Shown: one piece after another, positions 10,292 through 19,766 of the stretch
Position numbering within the stretch: position 1 is the stretch's first letter
Layout: each line of letters begins with the position of its first letter
NCBI GenBank assembly: GCA_035695825.1
Contig: DASRRH010000009.1
Location: forward strand, 87,044 to 151,043
Origin: Planctomycetota bacterium
GTDB lineage: Bacteria > Planctomycetota > UBA1135 > JAKEFM01
DNA: 64,000 bases
Direction: 5' to 3'
The notes under the pieces: model-generated
Told to the model about the DNA's origin: nothing
What the model saw: the letters and a program-made list of their open reading frames with translations, nothing else
Databases searched by the model: none
Program-made: the position numbers and the translations under genes

Positions 10292-13200
10292 ATGGGGATC
10301 CGAGTGGGCAAAGGGGTCGGTTCGTTTCTCGCCTGCGCCGTCCTGGGCTTGGCGGCGCTCGGGGCGCGGCTCGTCCAGGATCTCCCGCTCTTCGAGCTGG
10401 ACCGGAACGCCGTGGACGGGCCGGCCTCCGGCGACGACTGGGACAAGGTCCTCGTCGCCGGGACGGGCGGGGGCTTCGTCCACACGGGGGTGATGCAGGA
10501 CCCCTCCCCCGCGACGGTCTTCGCCGGGGGCGGATCGAAGGACCTCAACGACCTCCCGAGCTGGGGGCACGGGAGCGGGACCGTCCCGAACAAGGACGAC
10601 ATCACGAACGCCTACGCCGTCGCCTACCTCAACACGACGGACACGGGCCTGAACAACGCCGGCGACCAGATCGTCTACTTCGGGGCGGACCGCTTCGCGA
10701 ACAACGGGGACTCGCAGATCGGCTTCTGGTTCTTCCAGCAGCAGGTCCGCCTGAACTCGAACGGGACCTTCCTCGGAGTGCACGAGATCGGGGACACGCT
10801 CGTCCTCAGCGACTTCTCGCAGGGAGGCTCCGTCAGCACGATCCGGGTGTACGAGTGGGTCGGCTCGGGGGGATCCGATGGCTCGCTCGACCTGCTCTAC
10901 ACCGGCGCGGACTGCGCGACGACCGCTCCGGACTCCCCGCTCTGCGCCACGGTGAACACCGCGGCGACGCCCTCCCCCTGGCCCTACGCGCCGAAGGTCG
11001 GCGCCCCGGGGAGCTTCCCGACGGGGAGCTTCTTCGAGGGGGGGATCAACGTCACGCGGATCGTGCCCGCCGCGTGCTGCTTCTCCTCCTTCCTCGCCGA
11101 GACGCGGAGCTCGACCTCCGTCAGCGCGACGCTCAAGGACTTCGTCCTCGGGAACCTCGACACCTGCGGGCTCACCGTGACGGTCGCTCCGGACGCGCCG
11201 GCGGTCTGCGCGCAGGACGCGCATGTCCAGTACGCCTACGAGGTCTGCAACTTCGGCGCCCGCCCGCTCTTCGTGAACCTCGTCGACGACGCCGGCACGC
11301 CGGGCGATTCCTCGGACGACCTCGACGTCGACGGAGGCGCGGGCTTCTCCCTCGCCCCCGGCGAGTGCCATTCGTTCGCCCGTTCGGCGACGCTCGTCGC
11401 GGGCGGGCCGACCCCCTTCGCGTTCACGAACACCGCGACCGCGACGGGTGTCGCTCTCGAAGGGGCGGGCGCCGCCTGCACCCGCGCGATCCACGGGAGC
11501 GGGAGCGCGACGGTCACGCTCTCGACGTGCGCCCTCGAGGTGACGAAGGCGTGCCAGGACGCGCCCTCCCCCTCCGGGCAGATCCAGGTCTCGGGCACGG
11601 TCTGCAACGCCGGGGAGGTGGCGGTCCACGTGACGGACGTCGTCGACGACCGCGCGGGCGCCCTCTCCTTCACGGGCCCCAACCCCCTCCTCCCGGGGGC
11701 GTGCGGCACCTTCGCCGGCAGCTACGTCCCCTCGTCGAATCCCTCGACGAGCATCGTGACGGCGACCGGCGTGGTCGTCGGGGGGAGCCTCGTCGTCTCG
11801 GACAGCGCGTCGGCGACCTGCGCGGTCCGGTGCAGTCCCGCGATCGCGGCGAGCGTCGCCTGCCAGGACCCCCCCACGCCGGGCCAGCCGATCCCGTTCT
11901 CGGGGACGGTGACGAACGCGGGGAACACGAACCTCTCCGGCGTCACCGTCGCCAGCGCCCACGCGGGACTCCTCCTCGGGCCGATCTCTCTCGCGCCGAG
12001 CGAGACGGCGCTCTTCGCGGGCTCCTACGTCCCGACGACGACCCCCTCGACGGACGTCGTGACCGCGAGCGGGGAGCCCGACGCGATCTGCAACCTCGGT
12101 CCCGTGAGCGACACGGCGAGCTCGACCTGCGGGGTCGTCTGCGCCCCGGCGATCGACGTGACGAAGAGCTGCCAGAACGCGCCCGCGCCGGGCCAGCCGA
12201 TCCCGTTCACGGGGACGGTGACGAACGCGGGGAACACGAACCTCTCGGGGGTGACCGTCGTCCATGACCGGGCAGGGGTGGTCCTCGGCCCGATCGCGCT
12301 CGCGCCGAGCCAGTCGGCCAACTTCTCGGGCTCTTACCTCCCGGCGACGAGCCCCGCGACGGACACCGTGACGGCGAGCGGACAGCCCGACGCGGTCTGC
12401 AACCTCGGTCCCGTGAGCGACACGGCGGGCTCGACCTGCTCCGTCCTGTGCGTTCCGGCGATCCACGTGACGAAGTCCTGCCAGAACGCGCCCGCCCCGG
12501 GCCAGCCGATCACGTTCACGGGGACGGTGACGAACGCGGGGAACACGAGCCTCTCGGGCGTGACCGTCGTCGACGATCGCGCGGGGGTGGTGCTCGGCCC
12601 GATCTCGCTCGCCCCGAGCCAGTCGGCGAGCTTTTCGGGTTCCTACGTCCCGACGACGACCCCCTCGACGGACACCGTGACGGCGACGGGGCAGCCCGAC
12701 GCGATCTGCGGCCTCGGGCCCGTGAGCGATGCGGCGAGCTCGACCTGCGCGGTCATCTGCGCTCCGGCGATCGACGTGACGAAGAGCTGCCAGAACGCGC
12801 CCGCGCCGGGCCAGCCGATCTCCTTCACCGGGACGGTGACGAACACGGGGAACACGCACCTCTCGAACGTGACCGTCTTCGACGACCGGACGGGGCAGGT
12901 GCTCGGGCCGATCGCGCTGGCGCCGAACCAGTCGGCGAGCTTCTCGGGCTCCTACGTCCCGACGGCGACCCCCTCGACGGACACGGTGGTCGCGAGCGGG
13001 CAGCCCGACGCGATCTGCGGCCTCGGCCCCGTGACCGACGCGGCGAGCTCGACCTGCAGCGTCCAGTGCACGCCCTGCCTCGCGGTCACGAACAACTGCT
13101 CGAACGCGGCCGCCGCCGGAAAGCCGATCCCCTTCTCGGGGGCGGTGACGAACTGCGGGAACACGACCCTCGTCGACGTCGCCGTCGTCAGCGACCGCGT

Positions 13201-13786
13201 GGGGACCCTGCTCCAGCACCTCACGCTCGCCCCGAACCAGTCGGCCTCCTTCAGCGGCACCTACCGCTCCGCGGATCCCTGCGGCCAGCCGGCGACGAAC
13301 ACCGTGACCGCGACCGGGGCCTCCCCGGGGATCTGCGATCCGGGGCACCTCCTCGTCGCCACGGACTCCTCGACCTGCACCCACCCCTGCGCGCCGTACG
13401 AGGGGTGCTCGCCGGGGTACTGGAGGGCCCACACGGAGCGCTGGGACAGCCCGGCCGACACGGTCGCCATCGCGGCGGGGTTCACGACGACCACGAGCTT
13501 CAACCTCTTCTTCCGGCTCACGCCGGCGGAATCCGGATTCGCGAACAGCTACACGATGCGCGACGCCGTGAACGCGAGCGGCTCGGGCGCGAAGAAGGTC
13601 GCCCGGTTCGGCACGGCGGTGCTCCTCAACTACGCCGCGGGGCTCAACGTGGTCTACCCGCCCGAGATCTCGAACGCCGAGGACCTGTGGTGGGCGATCC
13701 GGAACGCCTTCCTCGAGAACGACTTCGAGCCGCTCGGGAGCCAGCTCTCCGACACGATCACGGGGGGGATCTGCCCCCTGTCGTAG
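10292..13786 (+). CDS. Large secreted repeat protein: unknown N-terminal domain + 7 DUF11-type (Cys-containing Ig-like) repeats + unknown Cys-containing C-terminal domain
   Basis: ATG 10292 gives MGIRVGKGVGSFLACAVLGLAALGA (signal peptide), with AGAAGAGG upstream. Tandem units have the form CxPAIxVTKSCQNAPAPGQPIxFTGTVTNAGNTxLSGVTVxDDRAGVVLGPIxLAPSQSAxFSGSYxPTxTPSTDTVTAxGQPDAICxLGPVSDxASSTC. Confidence 0.8.
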   Translation: MGIRVGKGVGSFLACAVLGLAALGARLVQDLPLFELDRNAVDGPASGDDWDKVLVAGTGGGFVHTGVMQDPSPATVFAGGGSKDLNDLPSWGHGSGTVPNKDDITNAYAVAYLNTTDTGLNNAGDQIVYFGADRFANNGDSQIGFWFFQQQVRLNSNGTFLGVHEIGDTLVLSDFSQGGSVSTIRVYEWVGSGGSDGSLDLLYTGADCATTAPDSPLCATVNTAATPSPWPYAPKVGAPGSFPTGSFFEGGINVTRIVPAACCFSSFLAETRSSTSVSATLKDFVLGNLDTCGLTVTVAPDAPAVCAQDAHVQYAYEVCNFGARPLFVNLVDDAGTPGDSSDDLDVDGGAGFSLAPGECHSFARSATLVAGGPTPFAFTNTATATGVALEGAGAACTRAIHGSGSATVTLSTCALEVTKACQDAPSPSGQIQVSGTVCNAGEVAVHVTDVVDDRAGALSFTGPNPLLPGACGTFAGSYVPSSNPSTSIVTATGVVVGGSLVVSDSASATCAVRCSPAIAASVACQDPPTPGQPIPFSGTVTNAGNTNLSGVTVASAHAGLLLGPISLAPSETALFAGSYVPTTTPSTDVVTASGEPDAICNLGPVSDTASSTCGVVCAPAIDVTKSCQNAPAPGQPIPFTGTVTNAGNTNLSGVTVVHDRAGVVLGPIALAPSQSANFSGSYLPATSPATDTVTASGQPDAVCNLGPVSDTAGSTCSVLCVPAIHVTKSCQNAPAPGQPITFTGTVTNAGNTSLSGVTVVDDRAGVVLGPISLAPSQSASFSGSYVPTTTPSTDTVTATGQPDAICGLGPVSDAASSTCAVICAPAIDVTKSCQNAPAPGQPISFTGTVTNTGNTHLSNVTVFDDRTGQVLGPIALAPNQSASFSGSYVPTATPSTDTVVASGQPDAICGLGPVTDAASSTCSVQCTPCLAVTNNCSNAAAAGKPIPFSGAVTNCGNTTLVDVAVVSDRVGTLLQHLTLAPNQSASFSGTYRSADPCGQPATNTVTATGASPGICDPGHLLVATDSSTCTHPCAPYEGCSPGYWRAHTERWDSPADTVAIAAGFTTTTSFNLFFRLTPAESGFANSYTMRDAVNASGSGAKKVARFGTAVLLNYAAGLNVVYPPEISNAEDLWWAIRNAFLENDFEPLGSQLSDTITGGICPLS
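11165..13387 (+). repeat. Seven tandem coding repeats (about 100-120 aa each); units 3-6 have an exact 309-bp period
   Basis: The first Cys codon (TGC) of successive units falls at 11165, 11528, 11831, 12140, 12449, 12758 and 13067. The four intervals from 11831 to 13067 are each 309 bp. The next TGC at 13388 opens the C-terminal domain. The middle units are near-identical at DNA level. Confidence 0.9.
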
Positions 13787-13816
13787 GGAATCCTCGGGGA
13801 ACCCGGCCGGGTCTTC

Positions 13817-13862
13817 GAGCCCCCCTCCGTCTCGAGGCGGTGAACGCCGCGGAGGGGGGCTC
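13817..13862 (+). terminator. Strong hairpin after the repeat-protein gene (13-bp perfect stem, no U-tract)
   Basis: GAGCCCCCCTCCG (13817-13829) pairs perfectly with CGGAGGGGGGCTC (13850-13862) across a 20-nt loop. The hairpin lies 31 nt after the stop codon. Confidence 0.55.
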
Positions 13863-13863
13863 G

Positions 13864-13877
13864 CGCATAATCCGCGG
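13864..13877 (+). promoter_or_regulatory. Conserved 14-mer CGCATAATCCGCGG with -10-like CATAAT upstream of the EamA gene
   Basis: It is identical to the reverse complement of 49446-49459 and differs by one nucleotide from 8121-8134. It sits immediately after the terminator hairpin. Confidence 0.4.
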
Positions 13878-13939
13878 GCCCGAGGGTTTCCCCTGCTCCT
13901 CGCCCGCCCGTCGATCGGCCCGCTCCTCTACCTCCTCCG

Positions 13940-14926
13940 GTGCTCGCTCCGGGGTCGGGGAGCGGGGTCATCCCTCGTCCGGATCGAAGGTTGAGCGGGG
14001 AGAGCAGGTCTCCCCCGGGTCCGCTCGCGATCCTCCTGCTGACGGGGCTCCTCTGCTGCATCTGGGGGAGCACGTGGGTCGTGATCGAGGGGGGGCTCGA
14101 CGACCTGCCGCCGTTCACCTCCGCGGCCGCGCGGTTCCTCCTCGCCGCGGCGGGGATGACCGCGCTCGCCCCTTGGCTCGCGAGGCGCGAGGGGGGGAGC
14201 CCGCCTCCGCTCCGGCTCACCCTCGTCCTCGGGACGGCGAACTTCGGCTGCTCCTACGCGATCGTCTACTGGAGCGAGACGAGACTCCCCTCGGGGCTCG
14301 TGAGCGTCCTCTGGGCGATCTACCCGATGGTCCAGGCCATCCTCGGCCACCGCTTCCTTCCCGGAGAGAGGCTCGTCGGCTCGCAGTTCGCCGGCTTCGG
14401 ACTCGGGTTCCTCGGCGTCGTGCTCCTCTTCGGGACCGACCTCCGGCGGATCGGCCCCGAGGCCGCGCCCGCCGGGGCGACCCTCCTCCTCTCGCCGCTT
14501 CTCTCGGCCCTCGGGACGACCTTCGTCAAGCGTCACGGCCGCTCCGTGAGCTCGGTGCGCCTGAACCGGAACGGCATGTGGATCGGGGCCGGGCTGCTCT
14601 CCCTCGCGGCCCTCCTCTTCGAGCGCCAGGCTCCGGCCCGATGGACGCCGGGGGCCCTCTCCTCGGTGCTCTACCTCGCGATCGCGGGAACAGTGATCGC
14701 CTTCGGGATCTTCTTCTGGCTGCTGCGCCACGCCCCCGCGAACCGGCTCGGGGTGATCTCCTACGTCATCCCCGCCGTCGCCCTCACCCTCGGGGTCCTC
14801 CTGCGCGGCGAGCCGGTGACCTCCTTCACGGTGGGGGGGCTCGGGCTGATCCTCCTCGGGGTCTTCCTCGTCCACAGGCGCCGCGCGCGGGAGGCCCCCT
14901 CCGGGACGGCTCCCGGCCGTGGGTAG
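13940..14926 (+). CDS. EamA/DMT family transporter
   Basis: About ten hydrophobic segments with EamA-type blocks (CCIWGSTWVVIEGGL, YAIVYWSE, LYLAIAGTVIAFGIFFWLL). The GTG start is taken from the track; the true start could lie slightly downstream. Confidence 0.8.
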   Translation: MLAPGSGSGVIPRPDRRLSGESRSPPGPLAILLLTGLLCCIWGSTWVVIEGGLDDLPPFTSAAARFLLAAAGMTALAPWLARREGGSPPPLRLTLVLGTANFGCSYAIVYWSETRLPSGLVSVLWAIYPMVQAILGHRFLPGERLVGSQFAGFGLGFLGVVLLFGTDLRRIGPEAAPAGATLLLSPLLSALGTTFVKRHGRSVSSVRLNRNGMWIGAGLLSLAALLFERQAPARWTPGALSSVLYLAIAGTVIAFGIFFWLLRHAPANRLGVISYVIPAVALTLGVLLRGEPVTSFTVGGLGLILLGVFLVHRRRAREAPSGTAPGRG

Positions 14927-14977
14927 GATGGCGCCTCGCCGAAGGGGATCTGGACGTTTCCCACTCCCCGGGCCGAC

Positions 14978-15712
14978 ATGATCCGCGTCGAGCGCGTCAC
15001 CAAGCGTTACGGGGCAACGCTCGCCGTCGACGACGTCTCCTTCGCCGTGAACGCGGGCGAGGTCGTCGGCTTCCTCGGGCCGAACGGCGCCGGGAAGACG
15101 ACGGTCCTCAAGATGATCTCGACCTGGCTCCCTCCCGACGCGGGGCGGATCGAGGTCGCCGGCTTCGACGTCGAGAGGGCCCCCCTCGCCGTGCGGCGAA
15201 ACCTCGGCTACCTCCCCGAGCACAACGCCCTCTACGAGGGGATGCGGGTCGACCGGCTCCTCGCCTTCGTCGGGCGGGCGCGGGGGCTCGCGGGGGCGCG
15301 ACTCGAGGAGCGCCTCGCGTGGGCGGTCGATCGCTGCGCCCTCGCGGCGGTCCTCCGCAAGCGCGTCCAGGAGTGCTCGAAGGGGTACCGCCAGCGGATC
15401 GGGGTCGCCGCCGCCCTGCTCCACGATCCGCCGGTCCTCGTCCTCGACGAGCCGACCCACGGCTTGGACCCGGTCCAGGTCGTCGCTTTCCGCGACTTCC
15501 TCCGGGAGCTGCGCCCGGGTCGGGCGATCCTCTTCAGCAGCCACATCCTCTCCGAAGTCGCCGCGATCTCCGACCGCATCCTCGTCATCCACCTCGGGCG
15601 GCTGCTCGAGGACGCGCCGGTCGCGGAGCTCGAGGGGAAGGCGCGCGCCGCGGGGCGCGATCTCGAGGGGCACGTCCTCGAGATCGTGAAGGCGAAGGGG
15701 ACGGCGGCATGA
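14978..15712 (+). CDS. ABC transporter ATP-binding protein (GldA-like)
   Basis: Walker A GPNGAGKTT, signature variant SKGYRQRIGVAAAL, Walker B VLVLDEPTHGLD and H-loop SSHIL. Confidence 0.9.
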   Translation: MIRVERVTKRYGATLAVDDVSFAVNAGEVVGFLGPNGAGKTTVLKMISTWLPPDAGRIEVAGFDVERAPLAVRRNLGYLPEHNALYEGMRVDRLLAFVGRARGLAGARLEERLAWAVDRCALAAVLRKRVQECSKGYRQRIGVAAALLHDPPVLVLDEPTHGLDPVQVVAFRDFLRELRPGRAILFSSHILSEVAAISDRILVIHLGRLLEDAPVAELEGKARAAGRDLEGHVLEIVKAKGTAA

Positions 15713-16497
15713 GCCCCGCGGCCTTGCCCGTCCGCCGCCCGGCCGGACTCTCCGCCCGCGCGTGGGCCGCCGGCGTCCGTCTCGTAGGGGCGCGAGAGCT
15801 CGCGGCCTACTTCGACTCCGCGATCGCCTACGTCTACACGATCGGGTTCGTCGTGCTCGCGAACGCGATCTTCATGAACGAGTTCTTCCTGACGGGCACG
15901 GTCGAGATGGCGGGGTTCTTCGACCGACTCCCCCTCCTCCTCGCGGTCTTCCTCCCCGCGGTGACGATGCGCCTCTGGGCCGAGGAGCGCCGCCAGCGGA
16001 CGATCGAGCTGCTCCTCACCCTCCCCCTCACGCCGGCGCAGGCGGTCCTCGGGAAGTACCTCGCGGCGATGGCCCTCTACGGCGGCTTCCTCGCGGGGTC
16101 GCTCCCGATCCTCGCGATGCTCCTCGCGCTCGGCCACCCCGACCTCGGGCGGATCCTCGGGGGCTACCTCGGGGCCGCCTCCCTCGGCTCCCTCCTGATC
16201 GCGCTCGGGATGCTCCTCTCGGCCGTGTCGGGGGACCAGATCGTGGCGTTCGTCCTCAGCGCAGTCGCCGCCTTCGCGCTCGTCCTCACGGGCAACGACA
16301 GGGTCGTCGCCGTGCTCGACGGCCTCGCGCCGCGCCTCGGGGTCGGGACCTTCCTCTACGAGTCGGTCTCGGTCGTCCCCCCCTTCGACGCCTTCGTGCG
16401 CGGCCTGGTCGACCTCGGGGCGATCGTCTACTTCGCCGGGGGGACCGCGCTCTTCCTCTGGCTCAACGCGCGCCGGCTCCGGCGCAACCGCGCGTGA
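15709..16497 (+). CDS. ABC-2 type permease (GldF-like)
   Basis: ATG 15709 overlaps the ATPase stop (ATGA). The protein has six hydrophobic segments and the block RLWAEERRQRTIELLLTLPLTPAQAVLGKYLAA typical of ABC-2/GldF permeases. The upstream part of track ORF 12448..16497 is rejected. Confidence 0.85.
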   Translation: MSPAALPVRRPAGLSARAWAAGVRLVGARELAAYFDSAIAYVYTIGFVVLANAIFMNEFFLTGTVEMAGFFDRLPLLLAVFLPAVTMRLWAEERRQRTIELLLTLPLTPAQAVLGKYLAAMALYGGFLAGSLPILAMLLALGHPDLGRILGGYLGAASLGSLLIALGMLLSAVSGDQIVAFVLSAVAAFALVLTGNDRVVAVLDGLAPRLGVGTFLYESVSVVPPFDAFVRGLVDLGAIVYFAGGTALFLWLNARRLRRNRA

Positions 16498-19400
16498 GGC
16501 GACGCGGGGCGCTCGAGGGCGCGGTCGTCGCCGTCCTCGGCCTCCTCGTCGCCCTCTTCGACGCCCGGGTCGCGAGGCGCTTCCCGGGGGCGCGGCTCGA
16601 GATGGGGCGGGCGAAGCTCTCCCGCCTGACCGAGGAAACGCGCCGGCGCCTCGGAAGCCTCGAGGACCGGGTCCTCCTCACCTACTACGCGAGCGACCGC
16701 GCGCGGATGCCCTCGCAGCTGCGGCGCGTCGAGCGCGACGTGACCGACCTCTTCGAGGCGCTGAAAGGGGCCTCCCGCGAGAGGCTGGACTACCAGATCG
16801 TCGACCCCGACGCCGACCCGGTCGCTCGGGACGACCTCGCGAGGTTTGCCGCGAAGCGCGCCGTTGCTCCCTTCCGGGCGCGGAGCGTCGAGCGGGACGC
16901 CTGGAGCGAGAAGACCGTCTGGTCGACGATCTCGATCGCCTACGGGCCGCGGCCCGAGTCGACGATCCCCGGAGTCGGACCCGAGCACCTCGAGCGGCTG
17001 CAACGCCTCCTCGTCGAGCATCTCGACCAGATGGAGCGCCCGCGGCGCGCCGCGATCGCGCTCGCGGCTCCGGCCGGATACGAGCAGCTCCGGGGCTTCC
17101 TCGCGCAGAAGGGGGAGGTGCGGACCGTCGACCTGGACGGAGGAGAGCGGATTCCCCCGGACGCCGACTGCCTCTTCTGGATGGACCCGCGGCGGGTCGA
17201 CGACGCGCGGCTTGCCGAGCTCGACCGCTTCCTCCGGCGCGGTCGAAACGCGCTCCTCGCGGGGAGCGAGCATTCGTGGGAGGCGCGCCGGGGGGCCGAC
17301 GGTGCCCCGGCGCTCACGGTCGAGCCGACGGGCTACCCGGCCGGGGCGCTCCTCGCGCACTTCGGACTGCGCGCGACGCAGGGGCTCCTCTGCGACGCTC
17401 GCGGCGAGCAGGCCTACGCCGGGATGGCTCCCGAGAGCCGGCCCGCGCCGACCCCCTTCGTGGTCCGGTGCATCGGGGTCGACCAGGACTTCCGGGGATG
17501 GCGCAACCAGCCGAACGGGAATCTCCTCTTCGAAGTCCCGACCCCCTTCGCCCTCGACCCCGAGGCGCTCGAGGAGCGGGGGTGGCAGGCGGAGGTGCTC
17601 GCCACCTCGTCGGACAAGAGTTGGGTGGAGCCGCTGCCGAGGGGCCCGGTCCCGTTCGCGGCTCTCAGGCCCGAAGCCGGCGAGCCGGTGCCGAAACAGC
17701 CCCTGATGGTGCGCCTCAAGCCCCGCGATCCCTGGGAGGGGGCGGTCGTCCTCTGCGCCGCCTCGACCCCCTTCCGCGACGGGTACCTCCAGGGGCGGGA
17801 AGGGGTCGCGCACGAGCGGCTGGCGAGGGTCCTCGCCGACGCCTTCACGGCGAACGATCGCCTCGTCCTCGCCCGCGCGGGGGCCCTCGCCGTCGAGCCG
17901 ATCCCGGCGATGGGGGCGAGGAGCCGCGCGCTCTGGCGCGCGTTCGCGGTCCTCCTCCTGCCGGGCGCCCTCCTCGCCGTCGCGCTCCTGCGCGGCGCCT
18001 TCGCGAGGCGGGGGGAGCCGTCCCCTCGCCGGAGAGCGGGGGGGCCGCTCCTCGCGACGGCGCTCGCCGGCGTCCTCGTCGTCGGCCTCCTCGCCCGGGC
18101 CGCGGGCGCATTCGGCGCGCGCGCCGACCTCTCCGAGTCTGGACGGAACGAGCTCTCCCCGCAGACCCGCGCGATCGCCGCGCGCGCGTCGGAGCCGGTC
18201 GAGGCGAAGATCGTCTTCTCGCCGCCCGAGAGGCTCCCCCCGTCGATGCGGCGGTGGAGCAAGCGGATCGGCGAGGCCCTGGCCGAGCTGCGACGCGCCG
18301 GCGCGCGGCTCTCCGTGCGCACGGTCGACCCGGACGAGCTCGACGAGGCGGAGAAGAAGACGCTCGCCGCCGAGGGGATCGAGCCCTTCCGGGTCACGAC
18401 GAAGGACGAGGAGGTGACGACGGTCCGCACCGTCCATGCGGCGCTCCGCCTCTCCTCGCGGGGGAGGACGGAGGTGCTCCGCTTCCGGGACGCCGTCTCG
18501 ATCGAGAACCTCGAGTTCCGCCTCGCCTTCGCCCTCTGGCGGCTGGAGACGGGGCGGCGGCCCCTCGTCGCCTTCGCCTCCGACGCCCCGCGCCTCTCGC
18601 CGGCCGAAGCCTGGGACCTCCAGCAGGCGAGCCTGACTCCCCCCTCGGGGACCGACGCCTACGCCGTCGCGCGGGGCCTCCTCGAGGGATGCGACTACCG
18701 GGTCGTGCACGTGAATCCCCGCGATCCGCGCCCGCCCGAGAGCCCGGACGCCTTCGTGTGGCTCCAGCCGCGCCGCGACGTCTCCGCGACCTACGACTGG
18801 CTCGCGCGCTACCTCCACCGCGGCGGTCGCGCCCTCCTCGCCGCGCAGCACTTCAACGTCCAGGCGCGCCAGTACCGCGGCTCCGGGTACAAGCTCGTCT
18901 ACTGGCCGCAGCCGCAGTTTCCCGACGTCGACCTCCTCTACTTCCCCGACCTCGGGATCGAGATGGTCCGCGAGGTGCTCTTCGACGAGCTGAAGACGCG
19001 GATCGCCGCTGAGACCCAGGTGAACCGCGCTTACGCGCGGCCGGACCTCGAGGTCCAGACCTCGGCCCTGCCGTTCCTGCTCCGCGCCTCCGCCGCGAAC
19101 TTCTCGAAGGACTCGGCCGTCACGCGATCCCTCGGCGACCAGGCCTTCGTCTGGGGCGCGTACGTCCGGACGGACGAGGCGAAGCTCCGCGCCCACGGCC
19201 TTCGGGCGAAGCCCCTGATCACGACCTCGGCCCGGACCTGGACCTTCCCGTGGAAGGGGGGATGGATCCCGGACGAGGCGCTCGCGGGCCCGCCGCGCGG
19301 GGAGGGCGGCCAGCCCTCCTGGCTCGGCAAGCTCGCCCTGGCGGCGGAGATCGAGGGGGACTTCCCCGAGCCGGCCGAACCGCTCCGGATCCAGCCGAAG

Positions 19401-19766
19401 ATCTTCCCGGGGGCGACCTCGGAGCCCGCCGCGTCGAAGCCCGCCTTCGCCGCATCGACGCCGGGAGCGCCGGGGCGACTCCTCCTCCTCGGCTGTTCCG
19501 AGATGTTCAAGAACCATCGCGTGCTCGACCCCGAGTTCCGCGGCGACCACCTGCTCCTGAACGCCGTCGCCTCCCTCGCCCTGCCGGAGGATCTGGCCGA
19601 GATCGCGGCGCGCCGTCCCGAGCAGCGCGGCTTCGACTTCGTCGAGCCGCAGGACCGCCTTCGCTGGCGCGGGATCGTCCTCGCGGGCTTGCCGGCGGCG
19701 CTCCTCCTTTTCGGGTTCCTCCGCGCCGTCGCCCGCCGGCGACCCACGTGGGTCGCGACGCCGTGA
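16494..19766 (+). CDS. GldG-like ABC-transporter auxiliary protein, internally duplicated (two GldG-type halves)
   Basis: GTG 16494 overlaps the permease stop (GTGA). The first half contains LSRLTEETRRRLGSLEDRVLLTYYAS...YQIVDPDADP. The second half repeats the pattern (LSPQTRAIAARASEPVEAKIVFSP...VRTVDPDELD). The halves are separated by TM segments ALWRAFAVLLLPGALLAVALL and LLATALAGVLVVGLLA. Confidence 0.75.
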   Translation: MRRRGALEGAVVAVLGLLVALFDARVARRFPGARLEMGRAKLSRLTEETRRRLGSLEDRVLLTYYASDRARMPSQLRRVERDVTDLFEALKGASRERLDYQIVDPDADPVARDDLARFAAKRAVAPFRARSVERDAWSEKTVWSTISIAYGPRPESTIPGVGPEHLERLQRLLVEHLDQMERPRRAAIALAAPAGYEQLRGFLAQKGEVRTVDLDGGERIPPDADCLFWMDPRRVDDARLAELDRFLRRGRNALLAGSEHSWEARRGADGAPALTVEPTGYPAGALLAHFGLRATQGLLCDARGEQAYAGMAPESRPAPTPFVVRCIGVDQDFRGWRNQPNGNLLFEVPTPFALDPEALEERGWQAEVLATSSDKSWVEPLPRGPVPFAALRPEAGEPVPKQPLMVRLKPRDPWEGAVVLCAASTPFRDGYLQGREGVAHERLARVLADAFTANDRLVLARAGALAVEPIPAMGARSRALWRAFAVLLLPGALLAVALLRGAFARRGEPSPRRRAGGPLLATALAGVLVVGLLARAAGAFGARADLSESGRNELSPQTRAIAARASEPVEAKIVFSPPERLPPSMRRWSKRIGEALAELRRAGARLSVRTVDPDELDEAEKKTLAAEGIEPFRVTTKDEEVTTVRTVHAALRLSSRGRTEVLRFRDAVSIENLEFRLAFALWRLETGRRPLVAFASDAPRLSPAEAWDLQQASLTPPSGTDAYAVARGLLEGCDYRVVHVNPRDPRPPESPDAFVWLQPRRDVSATYDWLARYLHRGGRALLAAQHFNVQARQYRGSGYKLVYWPQPQFPDVDLLYFPDLGIEMVREVLFDELKTRIAAETQVNRAYARPDLEVQTSALPFLLRASAANFSKDSAVTRSLGDQAFVWGAYVRTDEAKLRAHGLRAKPLITTSARTWTFPWKGGWIPDEALAGPPRGEGGQPSWLGKLALAAEIEGDFPEPAEPLRIQPKIFPGATSEPAASKPAFAASTPGAPGRLLLLGCSEMFKNHRVLDPEFRGDHLLLNAVASLALPEDLAEIAARRPEQRGFDFVEPQDRLRWRGIVLAGLPAALLLFGFLRAVARRRPTWVATP
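19739..19756. repeat. 18-bp perfect palindrome GCGACCCACGTGGGTCGC (copy 1 of 3)
   Basis: Read directly from the sequence. It lies in the last codons of the GldG-like gene, 7 nt before the GTG of the next gene. The same 18-mer is at 42836-42853 and the 14-bp core at 42784-42797. Confidence 0.9.

Noticed and set aside
11165-13387. Diversity-generating retroelement or other programmed hypervariation in the DUF11 repeats
   Set aside because: There is no reverse transcriptase, no template repeat outside the gene, and no adenine-specific substitution pattern. The differences look like ordinary divergence of tandem units.
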